Assembly (NCBI GenBank): GCA_963797095.1
Contig: CAWCNY010000004.1
Coordinates: 544,001 to 608,000 of the forward strand
Source: an uncultured Chloroflexia bacterium
GTDB taxonomy: Bacteria; Chloroflexota; Chloroflexia; QHBQ01; JADMIH01
DNA length: 64,000 nt
Direction of reading: 5' to 3'
Shown: positions 58,501-64,000 of the stretch, piece by piece
How the letters are laid out: every line of letters begins with the position of its first letter
Numbering within the stretch: position 1 is the stretch's first letter
Program-made: the position numbers and the translations under genes
The notes under the pieces: generated by a model
Seen by the model: only the letters and a program-made list of their open reading frames with translations
Database searches by the model: none
Told to the model about the DNA's origin: nothing

Positions 58501-60027
58501 CTATTTTGGAATATAGATATTGAGAACATTATGCTGATCAAGTTTATAATTATCCTTCACCGCTTGCAAGATTTCGGGCGATACATCCCCTGCTCCCGCC
58601 TGCGGGTCATCCACATCCACGCGCAGGATGATCTGCGAGAACTCCTTCGAACCAATAGCAGCCAGCAGCAAGCTTTGGTCCCACCGTCCATAGTGGGTGG
58701 CATGGGTCTGTGTGTACGGGTCGGTGCTCCACAGGCGCTTGCCGGTGGTCAGCATCAAGCCCACATTGTCCGAGTAGGCTTCGCCGGAGTTATTGGTGAC
58801 GTACTGGAAGATGCTCATCATACCCTCTGTACGGTCGGCCTTCAACTGGTTGAATTCAAGCTGAAGCCATACGGGCACACCAAACAGAGAGGGCACCCAG
58901 CACAAAGCAATCAACGCAAGAGCCGCGCCCCCAACCCGCCACGGAACAGCATCACGCGCTCCCATAAGCAGAACCCCGGCGCCAACCCCAACGCCCAGGC
59001 AGCAAGCCGCCGCCAGGTCGAGCAGGTGGTTGTGGTTGCCCCCAAGTGTGCCGGTGCCGCCAGCCACCACCAGCGCCATCCCCAGGTAAATGACCAGCAA
59101 TAGGCCACCGCCGTTCGGGACAATGGGATCAAGCTTGCGACGACGACCATAGACCCAGTTAGCTCCCAGAAGTAAGATCGCAATCGCTCCCGGAAGCAGA
59201 AACGCCCCGTAATCTATGGCGAGATCCCGCAGGAAGTCAAAGAAGCGGTCCGGGAACCACGGCAGATTGTGAATGGTGAATTGGTGGTAGAAATATCCGC
59301 CATCGGTCACCCAGTTGAGAAGCAAACTCGGAATAACAGCACCCGCCGCGTAGACTATGCCAAAGGCTACGCCCCTTCTCGGATTGGTTAGCACGAGCCA
59401 GCCGGTAACTGCGATAGCCGAGGCGATTGCCGTCTGCTTGGTGTAGAAGGCAAGCAGTAGGGGAAACAATGCCCACCACACCTGCGACTGTTCTCGCGAA
59501 ATCGCCCACCACAGTCCCACCAGGCCGAGCGCCAGCGCCAGCATGTCGGGCTTCACCAGGCTGCCCCAAAAGGTAACCAGTCCAAGCGACCAGAAAAGCA
59601 AAGCCCCAAGCGCACCCCCGATCTTGCTGCGCGTGAGCGAGTTGACTATCCCGAAGATCGATATGCCTACAAGGAGAGTAGAAAGAATGGAAATTGCCCG
59701 CCCGATCTTGAACGAAGGCTCGTTGCCCAGCAAGTGCTGGAAGGGCCAACATAGCAGGTAAAAGACAGGAGGGTAGGGCGCTGCGATGAACAACTCAGGC
59801 CCCACGGGGTTGAAGATAGGCACGCCCTGGTCCAGAAGCATCGTCTCGGCGACGATCATACCCTCCGACTCGTCAAACTGAAACGGATGCTGGAAGAAGG
59901 CCGCCACCGTAGGGATCACCGAAAAGACTACTTTAGCTGCCAGGCCAGCGAGCAGCACAACCACGATCGCCAGCAGCGCGAACCTCACAGCACGCGAAAG
60001 TTGGTTAGAGGGCGATGCTTCGATCAT
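58501..60027 (-). CDS. GT-C-like membrane glycosyltransferase
   Basis: FD..EG, YPP.FY, KPDM, TKQT. Confidence 0.75.
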   Translation of the reverse strand: MIEASPSNQLSRAVRFALLAIVVVLLAGLAAKVVFSVIPTVAAFFQHPFQFDESEGMIVAETMLLDQGVPIFNPVGPELFIAAPYPPVFYLLCWPFQHLLGNEPSFKIGRAISILSTLLVGISIFGIVNSLTRSKIGGALGALLFWSLGLVTFWGSLVKPDMLALALGLVGLWWAISREQSQVWWALFPLLLAFYTKQTAIASAIAVTGWLVLTNPRRGVAFGIVYAAGAVIPSLLLNWVTDGGYFYHQFTIHNLPWFPDRFFDFLRDLAIDYGAFLLPGAIAILLLGANWVYGRRRKLDPIVPNGGGLLLVIYLGMALVVAGGTGTLGGNHNHLLDLAAACCLGVGVGAGVLLMGARDAVPWRVGGAALALIALCWVPSLFGVPVWLQLEFNQLKADRTEGMMSIFQYVTNNSGEAYSDNVGLMLTTGKRLWSTDPYTQTHATHYGRWDQSLLLAAIGSKEFSQIILRVDVDDPQAGAGDVSPEILQAVKDNYKLDQHNVLNIYIPK

Positions 60028-62147
60028 GGCGCTTCCGCCACCTGAACCGTCGATATACGCAGCCCAAGCAGGCGAGGGTCATCGCCGCCCGGCACGAAGG
60101 GTCGAGATCGAACTTCGACGGTATCACTGGTATCGCTCAGGGGCGCTGACCCAGCAGTCAGAGTTATGTTCGCCCACACATTGTCTCGGTTCAGCACCGG
60201 ATCAGGATAGCTTGCAGGAGGCGCAAACGACCCGCTTTGCACAAGCGGCTCCGCAGCAGGCGCGGAAGGTGGTCGCCAGCCGTTCAATTCGACCGTGAGA
60301 TTGACGGGGCTTGCTTCCGAAGGCACAAGGCCCTTGATCTCGGCATCCGCTGTAGACCATCTGTATTGCTTGCCGCCTTCGTCGGTCTCAGGCCCGTAGA
60401 AACCCCTCACATAGCCGATGTCCAGCCCGCTCCCCACCTCAATATCGTTCGTGGGCGGAGGGGTTAGATGGTCCCAGGCCCATTCCAGGGGAGCGTCCCC
60501 TGCCACCTGCACCACTCGCGCGTTGAAAAACGAGCGTGCCCCCGACACATCCCCCGCCATGCGAGCCGCTTCCCCACTGATAATGGACGGCTCGAAACGG
60601 TCCGGGTCGTCGTCGGCCCTCAGTTGCGCCATCGCGTCCGGCGACCTCCCCGCCTGCAAATAAGCGGCAGCAAGCCCATACCGTGTATCGCTCAAGTCGG
60701 TGTTTGCCTGCAAATATTGTGCTATAGCCTGCTCGACCTGCCCTTGCTTTAGCGATGCTTCAGCCTCTCTGTATGGCCCTTGCTCCCCCCAGCGTTGGAT
60801 GCCCAACCGCGTATTGTCCAGCGAGATCGCGGGCACAATCAGGACGGCAATCGCCACGACGGCAAGCGCGCCAAGCGCCTGTAACGGTCTGCGAAGCGCG
60901 CGCAAACGCGCAAACGCACCAGGTAGCAGAGGGATTGCCACCCCCGCCCACGGGATCAGGAAAGCCACCACCGGCAGCCTGAAGCGCGTGACCGCGAAGA
61001 AGATGAACGACATCACCACCCACAACAGCACCCACAACCCCGCAAGACTCTTGAGCGGGTGAGGAGGCGCAAGCAATAAGCCCAAAATAGCCAGCACAAG
61101 AATAACCACGTAGAGAACATCATCAAACAAAAAGAGCGACAGGAGGTGCCAGGCAGGTACACGCCCCAACGAGAAGCCCCTCACCTGCCGTTCTTCCGCG
61201 CTGAATAGAGGCCGCCACAGGTCCAGGCTCTCCTTGACCCCCTTCCCTATGAACGCGACAGGATCTGCCGCGATGGTCTTGAACGCTTGCTCATAAGCGT
61301 AGCTCTGGCGATCTGCCGGGTTGGGGATAGTCCTCAGGTCGGCTTCCAGGCGCGCCTCATCTCGCACCCCTATGCTCCCTAACCACAGGTTGTAGCCTCC
61401 TGTCGTGTCCACCGGGATGAACCGTCCATAAGCCACGTAGTTGCGCGCGATCCAGGGCAGAATCACCACCACACACACGCCAAGCACGATTGCGGGTGCC
61501 GTCAATCGGCGGCGCAAAGGCATACCCTTGCCCCGGGCAAGCCACAGCATCACAAGCGGCACAAAGCCGAGCGCCGTTGAGCGCGTGAGCACCCCCAGCC
61601 CAAGCAACAGGCCCGCGGATGCCAGGACCGCCCAAATTCTCCAATCCCACACCCCATCGAGCCTTTCACGTGCCAGGACCAGCGCCACCAACGACCACGC
61701 AAAGAGCAACACAAAGAGCGTCTCAGAAAGCAACAGCCCAGCGAACAAAGTAAGCGGCAAATAGAGCAGCGCCAGCAACAGGGTCCAGCGAGCGGCCTTG
61801 CGCCCACCCACCCGAAAAGCAAGCCAACCCAGCGCCGGAAGGGTCAATGCGCTCAGCAGCGCCTGGAAAATCAATGCAGGTATATAGCCATCCCCCGCCA
61901 CGCGCATCACAACGGCCAGCGATGCCACGTAGAGCGGTGGGCGCACCCACAGCGCCGTGTCAAAGTAAGAGAAGCCACGGCCCTCGGCCAGCACATGCGC
62001 TGCGCCGAAGTACTCGGTTTCGTCTATAACGAACGAGCCAGGAGGGTGTCCATCCGGGTGCAAAGCCAGGTTGTAAGCGATCCGAACAATGAAGGCAAGA
62101 GCAACAAGGAGCCACAGGAGCGGGTCGCGCCGGTATGAGTTGCGCAT
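60024..62147 (-). CDS. GT-C (GT39/ArnT-like) glycosyltransferase with TPR-like and beta domains
   Basis: DETEY...A, RPPLY, LLSETLF, PW..RNY...G, RFRLP. Confidence 0.8.
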   Translation of the reverse strand: MRNSYRRDPLLWLLVALAFIVRIAYNLALHPDGHPPGSFVIDETEYFGAAHVLAEGRGFSYFDTALWVRPPLYVASLAVVMRVAGDGYIPALIFQALLSALTLPALGWLAFRVGGRKAARWTLLLALLYLPLTLFAGLLLSETLFVLLFAWSLVALVLARERLDGVWDWRIWAVLASAGLLLGLGVLTRSTALGFVPLVMLWLARGKGMPLRRRLTAPAIVLGVCVVVILPWIARNYVAYGRFIPVDTTGGYNLWLGSIGVRDEARLEADLRTIPNPADRQSYAYEQAFKTIAADPVAFIGKGVKESLDLWRPLFSAEERQVRGFSLGRVPAWHLLSLFLFDDVLYVVILVLAILGLLLAPPHPLKSLAGLWVLLWVVMSFIFFAVTRFRLPVVAFLIPWAGVAIPLLPGAFARLRALRRPLQALGALAVVAIAVLIVPAISLDNTRLGIQRWGEQGPYREAEASLKQGQVEQAIAQYLQANTDLSDTRYGLAAAYLQAGRSPDAMAQLRADDDPDRFEPSIISGEAARMAGDVSGARSFFNARVVQVAGDAPLEWAWDHLTPPPTNDIEVGSGLDIGYVRGFYGPETDEGGKQYRWSTADAEIKGLVPSEASPVNLTVELNGWRPPSAPAAEPLVQSGSFAPPASYPDPVLNRDNVWANITLTAGSAPLSDTSDTVEVRSRPFVPGGDDPRLLGLRISTVQVAEAP

Positions 62148-62223
62148 AATTGAGAGAAATGAAATAAGGGTCGAAACTACAACCTATGGATTGCGAATAA
62201 AGAACGGTGCCACGCCATGCCGG

Positions 62224-63471
62224 TCATATCTTGCGCGAGCGCTTGCGCTTGCTGACTGCGCTCTCGTACAGGCGATTGAAGGTGCGTGCGGTGGTTTGCC
62301 AGTTCAACTCAGTCTCGACACGCCTGCGCCCAGCCTCGCCGTACTGCACGCGCAGCTCAGGCGCATCCAGCAGCAGATTGATCGCCGCCGATAGCTCACC
62401 TGGCTGCTTTTCGGGCACCAACAAGCCATTATCGCCGTCCTTAACTACCAGCGGAATCCCTGCCACAGTAGTCGCCACCACCGGGCGCGCCGATGCCATC
62501 GCTTCCAGCAAGGTGTTCGGCAGTCCATCTACGTTCCCCTGCTGGTCGACCACAGAGGGGAGCACGAATAGATCGCAGCCGCTGAAAAAGAGGGGCATCC
62601 GGTCCCGCTGCACCCAGCCGGGCATGATCACCGACTTCTCCACGCCTAATTGTTTGACGAGCGATTCGAGCCGTGGTTGCAGGTCGCCGCCTCCCGCGAT
62701 CACGATGCGCGCATTGGGGTGCTGCCGCAGTATTGCGGGCACGGCCCGTATCAGGTACTCAAACCCCTTCTTATACACCATGCGGCCCACCGCGAACACC
62801 ACCAGCGAGTCTTTCGGCAGTCCAAGCTCCTTCTTTAGCAGAGGCGCAGCACCATCTATGCGTGTAAACTGCCCTGGGTCCACTCCATAGGGAACGAGGT
62901 GACATCGCGAAGCTGGCGCGCCAAGCGCGATTGCACGCTGCAAAAGATCGTCACTGGGTGCGGTGATGGCGCTCGCCCGCCCGAAGCACCAGCGCGCCAC
63001 CCTTGCCACCAACCCACTTTGCTCAGCCACAAACACGTCCGACCCATGCATACTGATGACCAACGGTAGGCGGCGCAAACGCGCCACGATGGCCGCCACC
63101 GGGCCGTTAGGCACCACCCAGTGCGCGTGCATGATATCGAACTTGATTTTGCCTGTAAGCCGCCATAGCGCCCATAGCGCGCTGATGAACACCACCGGCG
63201 TCAGAGGATAGATAACACCCTTCACGCGCACATCGGCTTCCAGCGATTCGGCGTACCCCCAGATGTTGAGGTTGCGAAACGGGCTGTACTTGAAGAAGTG
63301 CAGGTGCACTCCCTTCTCGACAGGCTGGCGGCGCACATCGGGATGGTAAGGAGCGATGAGATGGACTTCGTTGCCCAGCGCGGCCACGCTTGAGCCGATC
63401 GATTCGATGAAGGGCGCCGTGACGTCACCCTCGTACTTTGGGTATGACGAGGTGACCATGCAGATTCTCAT
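62224..63471 (-). CDS. glycosyltransferase family 4
   Basis: TSSYP, HAHW, HGSD, GRMVYKKG and DGLPNTLLEAMAS. Confidence 0.93.
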   Translation of the reverse strand: MRICMVTSSYPKYEGDVTAPFIESIGSSVAALGNEVHLIAPYHPDVRRQPVEKGVHLHFFKYSPFRNLNIWGYAESLEADVRVKGVIYPLTPVVFISALWALWRLTGKIKFDIMHAHWVVPNGPVAAIVARLRRLPLVISMHGSDVFVAEQSGLVARVARWCFGRASAITAPSDDLLQRAIALGAPASRCHLVPYGVDPGQFTRIDGAAPLLKKELGLPKDSLVVFAVGRMVYKKGFEYLIRAVPAILRQHPNARIVIAGGGDLQPRLESLVKQLGVEKSVIMPGWVQRDRMPLFFSGCDLFVLPSVVDQQGNVDGLPNTLLEAMASARPVVATTVAGIPLVVKDGDNGLLVPEKQPGELSAAINLLLDAPELRVQYGEAGRRRVETELNWQTTARTFNRLYESAVSKRKRSRKI

Positions 63472-63485
63472 GGAGTTATTTTACA

Positions 63486-63875
63486 TTACTGCCGCAAGGA
63501 AAGAACGTACTGCACAACCTCGTCAAGGTCCGCATCGGAGATAGCCGACGTACCGAATCCAGGCATGAGACCCCTGCCGTGACGCACTACCTGCTTGATC
63601 TCATCTGCCGAAATTGTGAGCATCTTGAGCGAAGGTCCCGTTCCGCGCCCGCCGCCAGGGTGGCAGGTATTGCAATATTGCATGAAGATGACCTCGCCCT
63701 TCGGCCTCACCACTGTAGGCACGGCCGTGCCACCCGGCGGCAACGGAGTGCTGCCGGCGCTATCCGAGCAGGCAACGATACCGAAAGTAACAACTAGCGT
63801 CACAACGAGCGAGAGAATACCCTTTACCGGGCGCAGCCTTCGAGAGAATAGAGTAACTTGCCGAAAATATGGCAT
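63486..63875 (-). CDS. monoheme cytochrome c lipoprotein
   Basis: Lipobox IVAC, CNTCH heme motif and distal MPGF. Confidence 0.88.
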   Translation of the reverse strand: MPYFRQVTLFSRRLRPVKGILSLVVTLVVTFGIVACSDSAGSTPLPPGGTAVPTVVRPKGEVIFMQYCNTCHPGGGRGTGPSLKMLTISADEIKQVVRHGRGLMPGFGTSAISDADLDEVVQYVLSLRQ

Positions 63876-64000
63876 GCAATTGTCCAGGCGAATATTGGAG
63901 GACATTAGTTGACTGCTGAAGAATAAAGCGGTCCGCGCCATTTTACTATCGCACAGGCACAGAATCAAGCACCGCGCGCTCTATCGCGAAGCTTGGCGTG

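Overview
This window looks like a Chloroflexota (probably Chloroflexia-like) chromosome segment. The assignment is inferred from SLH-type 'FxDVP...GGYPCGGxGEPC' repeats, the 'FxETG...YWxxxGGLxQQGxPIS...VQYFERA' repeat domain and the glycosyltransferase cluster style. 1-2.5 kb: an IS66 element and an adjacent ISAs1 element, both with frameshifted transposases. 2.5 kb: tRNA-Gln(CTG). Its 3' end recurs at 13.41 kb, bounding an integrase-less island of about 10.8 kb that carries decayed genes, a SnoaL-TusA-DsrE operon and a LAL regulator. Two protein-less IS200/IS605 elements of 370-390 bp (9.6-10.0 kb and 13.5-13.9 kb) have intact ends, an internal promoter and a structured omegaRNA-like body. 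15-20.5 kb: a KimA/YdaO-like transporter, KdpD/KdpE and a lone receiver protein, linked by two identically spaced four-box KdpE-like operators. 20.6-26.3 kb: a sulfite-oxidase-like operon, an S8 peptidase pseudogene, a PQQ-repeat surface protein and a MITE. 26.4-28.6 kb: tilS-hpt. 28.6-63.5 kb: a surface glycosylation locus of about 35 kb with 9 GT4 enzymes, 9 polytopic GT-C-like membrane proteins, 3 methyltransferases, Trm112 and a flippase. All calls come from reading motifs; no database searches were run. Several start codons were re-picked by eye.
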